In this document: in pieces, positions 12,401-23,543 of the stretch
How the letters are laid out: each line of letters opens with the position of its first letter
How positions within the stretch are numbered: the first letter of the stretch is position 1
NCBI GenBank assembly: GCA_963924565.1
Contig: OZ004614.1
Span: forward strand, 3,720,001-3,784,000
DNA length: 64,000 bases
Origin: Ascidiella aspersa
Taxonomy: Eukaryota
Direction of reading: 5' to 3'
Position numbers and translations under genes: made by a program
Notes under the pieces: model-generated
The model's input: only the letters and a program-made list of their open reading frames with translations
What the model was told of the DNA's origin: nothing
The model's database searches: none

Positions 12401-15400
12401 ACTGGTTTCGTTTTTTCGGTTAACTATAAACAAAAGACTGTTAATGCATTCGTTTGTTGTCCAGCGAATACATATTGTCCCTAACCAAAGGTGCTTACAT
12501 TTTTGTTATACAAATATAACTCCATGGCAACCCACGTCTATCGACTTTTAGAATTGAACGTATTAATTAAATTAAATATTTTTAAGATTTTGTTAGATTT
12601 GCTTTAATTTACTAGACAAGATATAAGCAATACACAGTTTTAGCTTTGAATAAGCACCATTTTCGACCTTAACACACAAAATATAAGTGTTTAACTTAGG
12701 GGCTTATTAGATCTCAGAAAAGCAAACCACTTCACAATACACTGTTTCGGAAAACAATGTATCGAAAACCAACCTAATGAGTCACACAATTTTCAAATAT
12801 GCATTCCAGCTGCCTAATAGAGTGAATCAACTTGTTTGCGCAAAACACTTCACATCTATTGCCGTTGATGTTTACTTGAGGTAAAGTAAATAGGTTGTCA
12901 CCTCTAATCAGAGAACCAAGACTACCGGGCACATGTGGCCACGTCATTCTTATCTGTCATTCTTTATCATGTGTGTAACAATGTTTAGTTTAGTGATGAC
13001 TGGACTTTGTCTGTTTGGCTATCTTTGAAACTTACGTAAAGCAAACGATTTGCACAAAACGTGTCCTTAAGGTTCAACATATATTTTTAAAAACAATATC
13101 AACTAAGTCAGTGTTTCTCAACCTATGGGTCGCGACTAACTCTAGCTCTAGCTCTAGCTCTAGCTCTAGCTCTAGCTCTAGCTCTANNNNNNNNNNNNNN
13201 NNNNNNNNNNNNNNNNNNNNNNNNNNNNNNNNNNNNNNNNNNNNNNNNNNNNNNNNNNNNNNNNNNNNNNNNNNNNNNNNNNNNNNNNNNNNNNNNNNNN
13301 NNNNNNNNNNNNNNNNNNNNNNNNNNNNNNNNNNNNNNNNNNNNNNNGGCGTGCACAGTTTTTCGCACATGCAAAATAACGCCACTTCCCCTGTTGCCAC
13401 TTTGGGTGGCCGTTTGATTTGATTAGGCTGGGTCGCCAACTTCAGTTCACGTGATTTTATTAGGATTGATTCTGAGAAAGATTTCTACATACATAAAACT
13501 ACGAAGCAATATAAAGACGTGGTCATGTTATTTTGTTTAGGACTTATTTATAGTAATGTTTTACGTTTAGTTAGCTTAGAAGAATGTAGTGAAGAAAACT
13601 TGGTCGCCAAAGCCTTGCCGTTAACCTTAAGTGGTAATCGTGAAAAAAATGCTGAGAAACACTAAACTGTATTGTTAGCTTACAAAAATCTACTGAAAAA
13701 AATTGCGTCGTCAGAGATGTTATACTAATAGTTTTAAGGTCGCCGCAAAAAAATGTTGACAAACACTGAACTCAATGGAGTTCTTACGAGCTTTTTTATT
13801 AAAGAAAACTACACAACAATTCTCAGGTAACTTCCGCACGAGTTTCTACGCGTTCTCCGACGATCGTTTGTTCCAAAGCAGCAAGAATTCCAGCCTTAAG
13901 TTCACATCTACAGTCGTGCTTGCTGCTACTGTGGTCGGAGAAAGTAGCTTCACAACGGGTCCTGGGGAGCCTGTTGTCATCAAACTATCTCTACAGAAAC
14001 TGGTTTGTTTTTCGATTATATCAGGGGTTCTTAAACTGGGGCCCATGGACCCATTGGGGGTATGTGAACTAATTTTAGGTGGCCAATGAAGGCCTGCTTG
14101 AAATATCACTGTAGGTCATATTTGGAAAGTAATAAATTTAAGGAAAAGAGTGGAAAATTAAAAAAAATTTTGAAGGTTATTATACTCTGTTTCACTTCCA
14201 CATTTTTCGGAAAAAAAAATGGGCTTCTGACGTCTATTTGTTATGTGACGTCATCTCTAAAATTCCGTGCCTACATTGGTCCACGCAAGGCAAACAAAAT
14301 GGGGTTCTGAGGATATTATATTAAACGACAATAACTATTGGCTGCTAAAACGAAGCAGCCTTTAGTCAGAGTGCTGGATTTGCCGTCACCGCGGGTTCTG
14401 ATATGCTAATGTAACTTTGGTTTACTTATTAGGAAAATTTGTTGTTTTTTTTCGTTCGCTTTACAAACTAAAACCAAATCAACATTTTAGACTTTAGACA
14501 CACAATTATTTGTCTTTGAACTGAAGCAGCAAGTGAATTTAAGTTAATTCCGTTACCTTGCCAATTAAATAAAAGTAATAACAAACTAGCACAAAACACA
14601 CTTGGACAATTAGATAATTCTAGTATACTATTTCAATTAATTCAAGTAAAATGAGGCAAATTCTTTGTGAATTGCTTATGTGCTCAAACTCTAGTTTTAA
14701 TCTAATTCGGATTTTACCAAAAATTCTACTTTGTTTGACGGTATTTTCAGTCTCATAGTTGAATAAAAACGATTTTAAAGGAATACTTTTTGGTCTAAAC
14801 TACTTGCTAGTGGATTGTATAGTTTGAAAAGCACAAGCTATGCTAAAAAAGTATTAAAAACAGGACAGGGATATTTTCCGTTTGCATTCCTAAACTAAAT
14901 TGATTCTAAATAATTAAATGAAATTCCAGTTCAAGTCTAGTTTATATTCTAGTTTTCAAGAAATCAGTGATTATAATACTGATCTAATTTGAGAAAACTA
15001 AAGATATATAGTGATAATTATAATCTAATTTAAAAAAACTGAAATGTTCTAAATCTTAAAATAATAATAAAAATTCATACGGCGATCTGAAATTTTCAGT
15101 GAAATGTGACGGAAAAAAAGTTAAGTTGTTTCTATCAGTGCTCCGGAGGGATAAAGAAGACAGACAGTAATTTTATTTTCGCTGTAACTAAACACTAAAG
15201 TTTCGCATATAATTGGGAAACCTTTTTCTAATCGCGGGCCAAAACCAAACTCAGATAGGTCTCTGCGGGCCGTTAAATTTTAACCGTGTAGATTGTAGAC
15301 TTAGCCTTTAACAGGCGCAACTGAACGACACTAGGGTACTTTGCAATAAAAAGGGGCCGAACGACATATTACGCTAGATGCAGGAACAAGATTAAGGTAG

Positions 15401-16628
15401 TTGAAAACAGCCCAAAAGTATAAGGAATGGCCTTGTATCCAGTTTGTTAAATAGGTGGCGCGCCGCATGAATTGCGTTGGTGGGTCGTAGGTTGCCCATC
15501 TCTGGTATAGTGTTTAAAATATACTTTCAGGACTACAGCATTTAAGTTCATTTTATTATTATATATGTATTTTTTGTTGTTTAAATTGCAGATTTAATTT
15601 AATATCATTTTATTTCCAGGTCAACCAATCCAACCCGTATCTTCGCGAAAACACACTGTGTAGTTATTGGCACAACGATTCGTGGTCTCAGGCGGGAATG
15701 AGGCTTGTTGAACTCACTCAAGACTCGGTTACGTGTGAGAGCGATCACCTCACCAACTTCGCCGCCCTTTTTGTAAGTTCAACATGCATTTCAGTGTTTT
15801 AAATATTTTATTTTTTTATATTTATGGCTTGAAAAAAGTATGCGTAAAGTATGTATACTTTTTGATTAAAATTCACCGCTATACAAGTGAGAAAAAACTA
15901 CAGCAGAACATTTTTTGGTTGTTTAAACATCTTTTAATTAACAATTACACGCCTTCTCGTAATATTATGTTCATGTTACTGTATACCGAATATTTTATCT
16001 TACATAAATCTTTGTTGTCTTCGCACATAAATGATGTTATTACCTCGTTTGTAGTATTTGTTGAATTAAGACTAAATCTATTCTAAACTCTAACCTAGCT
16101 ACTTTATTACTTGCTACTTTTCCAGAACCCAAACTATGCCCAAACCTGGGCCTTGGACATCATTTCGATCGTTGGTTGTTTCGTTTCTATAATTTTCCTC
16201 TCAGCTTTGCTTGCACTCATCTTCGTTAACAAGTGAGTTATTTGGTTTGCAGTAAGATTTTATGGGCGATATTTTCGAACTGTACTTTGAAAATGTAATA
16301 GATTGAACTTCACAAAGGTAAATAAAATTGCAGGTTGTTNNNNNNNNNNNNNNNNNNNNNNNNNNNNNNNNNNNNNNNNNNNNNNNNNNNNNNNNNNNNN
16401 NNNNNNNNNNNNNNNNNNNNNNNNNNNNNNNNNNNNNNNNNNNNNNNNNNNNNNNNNNNNNNNNNNNNNNNNNNNNNNNNNNNNNNNNNNNNNNNTTTGT
16501 TAGTGTCTGTTTGTTTGTGTTTGCGCGCGTGTGTGAGTGAGTTTGTGCCTGCTTGTCTGTGTTTGTGTGTGTTTTTGTGTATGTTTGTTGTCTGTGTGTG
16601 TTTGTGCGTATTTGTGCGTGTTTGTGTA

Positions 16629-16702
<74 letters not shown>

Positions 16703-19700
16703 GTTTGATTGTGTGAGTTTGTTTTAGTGTGTTTGTTTGTGTTTGTGCGTGAACGCGTGTGTGTGTGTGTGCATGTGTGTGTGTATTTGTGTTTTTGTTC
16801 GTGTATGTTTGTTATTTGTGTGTGTTTATGTGTATTTGTGTTTGTTTGTGTGCGTGCGTACGTGCGTGTGCTTGTGTTTGGTACGAGTTCTATCTAAATA
16901 AAACATATGTATTTGTTGAACACAATGAAGGTTGAGTACTGTATTTTAAACAAATACTTTTCACCACCAGGGGGCGTGGTCGCATGAGTCGAGGTTCATT
17001 TCTTCTGGGCAGCCTCGCGGTGTCGCTGTTGTGCTTGGACATCTGCATGATTTTAAGTGAGGCCGAGTTCATTGTGAGGTCACCAGAGGGCTGCGTGGTC
17101 ATCGCCGTGTTCATCCACTATTTCCTGCTGACGTCATTATGTTGGATGACCGTTGAGGCGGTTACAGCCTACATAGCAACTTCCTTTGTAAGTTTTAACG
17201 CTTAAAGAGTTTTCTTCCCCTAAACCAGTGTTTCTTAACCTTTTATGTGACGCAAATACTCACCGTAAGTATGACAGCGAAACTTTGGCGACCGAATTGT
17301 CTTAAACTTTGAGAATTCGAACAAAATAAAAGCCATTTTCAATTTTTATTTCGCTTTTATTTCATACGAGTCATGTCTTTCTATTGCTTCTACCATTTTA
17401 TCGAAGTTTGCGGAATTTTGCTCAGAATCAATCTCAATAAACCTTAACCATATAAAACTACTGCAGTCGGTGACCAAAACGGAACCACGCCTAATTTGGT
17501 TTCTTAACTCACAAGTTAAGAAACACTGGTTTTAACTTTAAAGTACATTCTTTTCGTTTAAAATTGGTGGTTTGGCTTAGATTAAGTCATTCATTTAGAG
17601 CCTGTCTTAGAAAAAAATATCATTTTATATACTCGGTAAGGGTGAAAGAATAAAAAATAGCGGGGAAAGTATGTATCCTGTGCTTAACTTTTTGTTGATT
17701 TGTTTTCCAGCCGTTTTACATGCGCGCTTTGTCCAGCATGCGGATTTACATCTCGTCGAGTTTATTCAGTTGGCTGCTACCAGCTGTATTTGTGGCAGTA
17801 CTTCTGGCTGTTGACCTGTCCTACTACGAGAGACAAGATGACACGTAAGTTGGCATCCAGGGGTAGCCAACACGTCGATCATCACATTTCACCTGGTCGA
17901 TCGCGTCGAATATGTGTTACGTCATTACATTAGCTGTCGCGCACAAGCGAAACATTAAAATGACCAATTGTTGTCTGGACAAGCCTAAAAAGCGTTCCTA
18001 ATTTACCTCCATCGCTGGCTTGGAATGCAATTAACGCTCAAAATGTTTAATAAGTGTTCTTGTTTTACTGAACCAGTCGATCGAGAGTCTCTAAAAATAT
18101 TTCAGTCGATCGTAATCAAACATAAGTTGATTACTCCTGGATAGCCTAAATATGATAAACATATTGAAAACCTCAAAACGTTGGTAATAGTTTTAAAAGT
18201 CCTGATCTACCATAAGAGGAAAGATCAGAAACACGTGAGTTGCAACCTGAAAAAGTGCAGTAAAGGAAAAGCGAAATAAATCCAATTGTACGTTATTGAC
18301 TTTGGAACTTTACTAGTAGCGAATTGGAAAGATAAGATTTTTTATCAAACTAAATCATCATTTACAAGTTAAGCTTTTTTTAAAGCCTGTCGTTATAATC
18401 TTTCTATAGGCGTTTTTTAATCTATACTTAAGAAAACTATATTAAGCTAAAAAATAATATTGCTTCCATTAATAAATTGTTTAAAATATATATGTAGTTA
18501 CTATATGTAGTTACAAGTTACAACAAATATTTATTTAAGTCACTTCTTTTCCATTTTTCAAGTTTTACTGACTATGTGTTAACTGTATTTATATTGTTCA
18601 GATGTTGGATTGCAGATGACTACATCTTATATTTTTCCGGCATCCCGTTCGCAGTTATAATTGTGGTCAACATGGGTTTGTACATCGCTGTAATGCATGC
18701 GGCATTTACAAGCAGGAAGTTAAATACAGTAAGTAAAGTCAACAGATACAGTACACCGAATAAACGTAAAATGCCGTAAAGCTTTTCATGTGAAATTTTC
18801 GTCCGAGCAATTAAGGTTTTTATAGCCAAATATAAATTCAGCCATGTAATCCACATGTGTATATATTGTGAACAGCCCTGTTGACTTGTTACCACCGAAA
18901 ACAAATTAGGGCATGGCCTATACTTATAACAATATACCTTTATTAATGATTGAGCCAAACATATTTCAGTAATAGCCTTTCTAAATGGTACCCGGTATAG
19001 GATAATATCAATCGCGACAGATTGGCCTAAAAAAAACGGTAAAATTTACTTGTTTTTGTAGAGAAAAGATAAAATGTAGACACAATTGACCGTACCCCAT
19101 TGTACAGATGTGTACCACTTGCAAAGCCGACATAGGGATCAAACATAATTCAAAAAGCAATATTTATATCATTCTGTGACCTTTATTGTTTTGCGAAGAT
19201 ATTTTAACCTATAGTATAGTTCTGAAAACTCTCATTTTTGATATTTTGATTCATATTTCATATTTAATATTTAAACTAAATTGTTTTGTTCTTAAATGTA
19301 ATACACCACATGGTGAAAAACATCTTTCAACTTCTTGACGTGTTTTGTGGATATTACAATAAAGGATATTATAATAAACACCTTATACTTAGTTTCTTCC
19401 TTAAATCTTATATAATCCATGTTGATCTAAACATCTATAATTTAATTGTATTTTGTTCTATTTTGCAGCGAACAGTTGCGAATCGCAGTCGATACAAGAA
19501 GAACGCCTTGCTGTCCCTTAGCTTCTTCGTGTGTATGGGAGGAACTTGGCTGTTTGCCCTCATACTCGTGTTCGACACTAGTGGGGGCACCGGAGCAACT
19601 GTGTTTGCCTATCTCTTCGCCATATTCAACTCACTACAAGGTAAAACAATAGGCTACACTTTCATAATAATTCGCTATATTCAACTCACTACAAGGTAAT

Positions 19701-20724
19701 ATAACACAATGTTATAATAGCTCGCCATATTTAACTCACTAAAAGGTAATATAATACCGTACCCTTACATTAGTTGTCGTGTTCAAATTAATTCAAAGCA
19801 GTTTTCAAGGGAGTCCCAATCAAAACATATGCAAAATAAAGTCCAACACTAGTCACATGCTAAAATAGCAAGTCAAGTCCAAGTCATGTCCTATGCTTTA
19901 AAATAGGATTTTAAATGATTAAACATGGTAAAATCATGTCATAAAGAACGACATTTCTATATTTTCACATGCAGAAATAGGGTAAAAACAAATCAAATTT
20001 TGCCAAATTATTTTATGAAAACACCCCAATGACCAAACGACGGCTTACTATTTAACAATAGCTTACAAATTTAAATATGTTTTGTAAAACATTCAGTTAT
20101 AGTAGAGATATAGGACATTTTTAAATATAATAAAATTCAAGTCGGACGTTAAAAATGCGTAAGATTGAAAACGTTCATGCTTTGTCAAACTTTTGAAACC
20201 TTCCAGTCTTATTCGTAGCAAGAAAATCGATAAAGTTTTGTGTATGATAATTATAAGACTTTTTCCTTGTTGTTTAAAAAAAAAAACCTCCATTCTTCAT
20301 TTTCAGCAAAATACTCTAGCAAGCTAGTAATTCAGGTCAGACACAATAAACGGATCTTGAAAGATATATATATATTTCGCCAACCAAGGCATCGTCAGTA
20401 TATCTTAATTCGAATGAATGCATATCTTTTAAGATCTTTTTATTGTGTCTGACCTGAATTGCTAGCTTTTCTAGAACATTTTGCTGTTACTGATCAGGAA
20501 TTAAGGTCGACATCTATCTTAAAGGGTCAAGGTGATTTCAATTATAAACATATTCAGTGCAACATTCTTCATTTTCTTCATCATTTTTAGGTCTTCTGCT
20601 CTTCATTCTTTATTTCATCCGAGAGAAGATATTCCAAAGGAAACTGAACTCTCTTGCATCTGACACTTTTCGTCTGGACTTCAACAGATCGGAACTTCGA
20701 CCGGAATACAACAAAAACGATTGA
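408..20724 (+). CDS. Adhesion GPCR A (ADGRG-like; mucin-EGF-like-HRM-GAIN/GPS-7TM), 16 coding exons, ~846 aa
   Basis: Exons: 408-528, 2246-2728, 3699-3812, 4409-4497, 5336-5497, 7592-7674, 8599-8711, 10462-10617, 13827-14002, 15620-15772, 16126-16232, 16971-17187, 17711-17844, 18602-18728, 19469-19640, 20591-20724. All introns GT-AG, phases compatible, total 2541 nt. Signal peptide MVHLCRFAVAVMLLFTAIVEA; (EPTTP)n stalk; HRM-like CPKD..F..T..G...TC..YGTRAC..GAW..C; GPS CSYW..WSQAG..TCESDHL|TNFAALF; TM3 HYFLLTSLCWMTVEA; TM7 YLFAIFNSLQG; ends ..NKND*. Confidence 0.92.
1158..1480. repeat. Inverted pair of a dispersed repeat (AAAGCCCATACAGAAGTAGG family)
   Basis: 1158-1234 is inverted at ~1402-1470. 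Further copies at 33752-33925, 38796-38883 and ~61660-61740 (reverse). Confidence 0.7.
1831..2202. mobile_element. hAT-type MITE
   Basis: TIR CAGTGCTCTT...AAGAGCACTG; 8-bp TSD CACTGCAT/CACTACAT; homologous copy at 55531-55906. Confidence 0.85.
2335..2550 (+). repeat. Coding 15-bp minisatellite encoding the (EPTTP)n mucin stalk of GPCR A
   Basis: About 14 units of GAACCAACCACACCA and variants within exon 2. Confidence 0.9.
4730..4882 (+). mobile_element. tRNA-derived SINE with near-intact cloverleaf head
   Basis: A box TAGCTCAGTTGG, B box GTTCGAACC, acceptor stem GCCTGCA/TGCAGGC. Body shared with 23096-23240, 27703-27896 and ~45745-45990 (reverse). Confidence 0.8.
5515..5864. mobile_element. 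hAT-type MITE (CAGGGTTRCCAG TIR)
   Basis: TIR CAGGGTTACCAG...CTGGCAACCCTG; TSD TTGACTTA/TTGGCTTA. Confidence 0.8.
7830..7922. mobile_element. 93-bp hAT-type MITE (internal-deletion derivative of 39564-39793)
   Basis: TIR CAGTGTTTCTTAAAC...GTTTAAGAAGCACTG; perfect TSD GCTTAAAT. Confidence 0.85.
9207..9538. mobile_element. hAT-type MITE
   Basis: CAG...CTG ends; perfect TSD AGTTAGAC; homologous to 21598-21929 and (reverse, partial) 14022-14310. Confidence 0.85.
12219..12484 (+). other. Candidate cryptic or alternative terminal exon (C-type-lectin-like C-terminal half) in GPCR A intron 8
   Basis: Acceptor ctctttgacaag|GA is phase 1, matching the exon 8 donor. Open frame GASIMPMWEGGLLNPDKSKHSCMEI...VNYKQKTVNAFVCCPANTYCP*. 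Confidence 0.35.
13140..13186. repeat. (TCTAGC)n microsatellite running into an assembly gap
   Basis: Hexamer repeat directly adjacent to N-run 13187-13347. Confidence 0.9.
14022..14310. mobile_element. Partial hAT-type MITE, reverse copy of the 9207/21598 family
   Basis: Starts CAGGGGTTCTTAAACTGGGGCCCATGGACCC, the reverse complement of the 21598-21929 right end. Confidence 0.7.
15620..15772 (+). other. GPS motif exon (autoproteolysis site HL|T and Stachel start) of GPCR A
   Basis: Translates VNQSNPYLRENTLCSYWHNDSWSQAGMRLVELTQDSVTCESDHLTNFAALF. Confidence 0.9.
16496..16880. repeat. (GT)n and degenerate GT-rich microsatellite
   Basis: Long TG dinucleotide tract next to gap 16340-16495. Confidence 0.95.
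17226..17528. mobile_element. Probable hAT-type MITE
   Basis: TIR CAGTGTTTCTTAAC...GTTAAGAAACACTG; no clear TSD. Confidence 0.65.
19617..19755 (+). repeat. Tandem triplication of the exon 15 3' end plus splice donor (GPCR A)
   Basis: TTCGCYATATTCAACTCACTACAAG|GTAA recurs at ~19617, 19671 and ~19721. Confidence 0.85.
20304..20486. repeat. Foldback/palindromic element
   Basis: Long imperfect inverted repeat AGCTAGTAATTCAGGTCAGACACAATAAA...TTTATTGTGTCTGACCTGAATTGCTAGCT. Confidence 0.8.
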
Positions 20725-21015
20725 GGTTTTTGCTCGGACAGTTTTCTGGATCTCCGAACATGTTCACGTACACACAAGGCTGCAAAACTGCAACTGTTTT
20801 GAGAATATTCAAATAAGTTTCACAGTGTTTCTTTGCCCCAGGCTGTTTGCCGAAAAACTGTGTCAAACTTCATTTGGTGCAAAATGTTTTTGCCCCCTGC
20901 TTATTTGTTATTAAGCCTATTGAATCCTAACTTCTTGCTTTGCAAGCATAACCACATAGAAGGGAAATCGGACTAATTGGGAGGCCGACAATATTCGAAA
21001 ATTTTTATGCTAGAC

Positions 21016-21512
21016 CAGTGGTTTCCGAGATTCACGAATAAACTAAGATTATCGCATTTTAATTATACAGACACTCGTGGTTGTCAGTTTAAATGTGCTA
21101 CTTTTTTGTATTTAGGTCGACCACAGTATTACATTTGAAGTGCCCTAAGTTTATATAAATGTAGAAGTAGTTTAGAAAAATTATTGATTAGGGTGAGTGT
21201 TGAAAAAAATTCGGGTTATATAAGCTTGATTAGGAATGCTAAAACGTTATTCCGATACCGCTACCCGATAAATTGTACAGAAAGTATCGCAATCTGATAC
21301 CAAATAACATTATTATTGTACTTTAGCAATCAAGATAAACAATATTAAAAACTTAAAACATGTTTTTAGCTAATAACTTTTGCCGTCGTATTAAAATTTG
21401 CGTTAACGTTTAAAAGTTGTTAATTTAGCCTACTATGTGTTGATAAATTTAGAAAATCCTAACCTTGATAACGTTTCAAAATGGGTCGGTGACAAAAAAT
21501 TTGAAACCACTG
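21016..21512. mobile_element. hAT-type MITE downstream of the GPCR A stop
   Basis: TIR CAGTGGTTTC...GAAACCACTG; TSD TGCTAGAC/TGCTAGAT. Confidence 0.75.
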
Positions 21513-21597
21513 TGCTAGATAGTAGCTGTTTGTAATGTTTGTATAAAGAGCTGTTCGTTTGACCAGTTTGCTCTTTTCGACGTTAATTGTTTTAAAT

Positions 21598-21929
21598 CAG
21601 AGGTTCTTAAACTTTTTTTACCGCGGACCCTAAATTTTTTTTGCTTTGCATGGACCCCGGTAGGCGAGAAATGCTCCTAAATGATGTCATAATATGACGT
21701 CACAATACAAATAGACTCCATAATTCTGTTTATTTCGGTCCGAAAAATTTGAAAGTTGAACGGAGTCTAACTATACATTCAGTGCAAAACCGTTCAATTT
21801 TTAATTAAAGTGTTTTCTTTGAAAAATTAATTACTTCTTAAGTATACACTGGTTCTTTAATTAGGCCTTCATGGACCCCAAAAAACTAGACCCCCAAGGG
21901 GTCCATGGACCCCAGTTTAAGAACCCCTG
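21598..21929. mobile_element. hAT-type MITE
   Basis: TIR CAGAGGTTCTTAAAC...GTTTAAGAACCCCTG; TSD TTTTAAAT/TTTTAGAT. Confidence 0.85.
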
Positions 21930-22249
21930 TTTTAGATGCTTATGCTCTATGGAACGTATTAGATACGTTGAAACAAAAAAAAACTTAAAAACTTACTAAT
22001 AAGATGCTAAACCGAATTACAAGCTTATACATTTAGGCAATTAACCACTGTTGGGCCGTAGTTTTAATCTTAACTTTCCTCTTTTTGAATGACTGATGCC
22101 TTTATTGATTTATCGTGTTTATAACTTGTTATTCAAAGGCTTTATGTGATTTGTAATAAACTTTTGCTGGGCGCTTGAAGCATAAAGGCTGAGGATTGTA
22201 GTTGAACTAGAATACAAGCAACTTCCAAAGAAAAGCAGGGAGCATTTTG

Positions 22250-22672
22250 TAGTATTGTAATGACTGAAGTCAATGACTGGACTTAAGTGCACTTAAGTCA
22301 CTGTTTTCAAATGACTTGACTTGACTTAAGTCTTTTTGACAACGGAATTAGGTTGAAATGAAATGTTGTGATTAGCATTTTTGTTTTAAAATTGTGCTAT
22401 TAGTTTTAATTGTTGCACAGAGAACAATGTACTTGCTGTATGTTGAGTTTTTGTTGTTTTTTTATTGAGTTATTGCTCATAATCGGAGAAGTTTACTATT
22501 TTTGAGAGATTAACGTTTAATTTTAATGACAAGCACTTGACTTAAAATTGACTAGCTCTAATCAAAACTGGACTTGTTTTTGATTTAAAAAGACTTGACT
22601 AGGACATAACTTATTTTACAAATGACTTGATTGGGACTACAGTCATTTCAAAATGACTTGTTTGAAACACTG
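22250..22672. mobile_element. GACTT/AAGTC-rich non-autonomous element (hAT-like)
   Basis: Internal TGACTTGACTT motifs; TSD GCATTTTG/GTATTTTG. Family members near 29170-29520, 30395-30570, 49365-49925, 53085-53493, 56197-56360 and 58910-59255. Confidence 0.7.
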
Positions 22673-23095
22673 GTATTTTGTGAAGACTCGAATAAATGGT
22701 AAGATAATGGTTTGAAGTTGCAGTTAGACACAAAATAAATAGCAAAGCTAATACAGTAACAGGTAGCTTTTGTGAAGGTTTTGAATAAGTTTTCCGATAA
22801 TGGCGGGAGGTTGTAAGCCTATAGTTGGGTGTAGAATGGACATTTTAAAGCTCATGAAAAGTAGGCAATATTTTGTAAACGTTTTGAATAAATAAAAGAT
22901 ATTCGTTAGAGGTTGTAGTTAGACGTAGAATGAATATCAAAGCACATACAGAAGAAGGGGGCAATTTATGAAAGTTTCCTGATTAGGAATATTCTCAAAG
23001 CTTCACCTATTTCTATATGGGCTTCGAGGTGTGGTATATGTTAGACCATATTTATCCCTGCAGCACAGAATAACTTTATTATATCTTTATTACAA

Positions 23096-23240
23096 TGCTT
23101 GCATCATTGATCGACAGATTCGGAGAGTCTGCAATGGCTTTCGGTGTACTAATGATATGTAAGCCGTAATTGTTGGTCAAAAAGCAGCTTCAGAAGGGCT
23201 AGATTTCGGTTGTTAACACACATCTGTGTTTTCATGTTTC
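23096..23240 (+). mobile_element. 5'-truncated SINE ~300 bp upstream of the GPCR B ATG
   Basis: Body matches the 4730 SINE family; 13-bp TSD ATCTTTATTACAA (23083-23095 / 23241-23253). Confidence 0.85.
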
Positions 23241-23543
23241 ATCTTTATTACAAATGTGAATTTGTATTTTACCTTTTACAGATAAAAGTGCTTCACGCCT
23301 GAGCTGGTTTGATCATCACGATTAGAATCAGAACACAAGCTTTGTACCGTTGTAGGTTTACCCTTGTTTGCCAGATCAACAAAAAACACTTACTGTTTGC
23401 TTAATAACTGCCTGAGCGCAGTGCACCGTTACCCGGTGCGATGTTGAAAAGAAAAGCGATGACCTTGATTTGCATATTAGTTTGTACGCGGATCTGCTTT
23501 ATGGCGAACTTGCACAACCAGATGTTGGTACAGGTCGACAGAG

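Noticed and set aside
13015-13439. ORFs spanning the N-gap (also 16303-16897)
   Set aside because: Artefacts of Ns and microsatellites.
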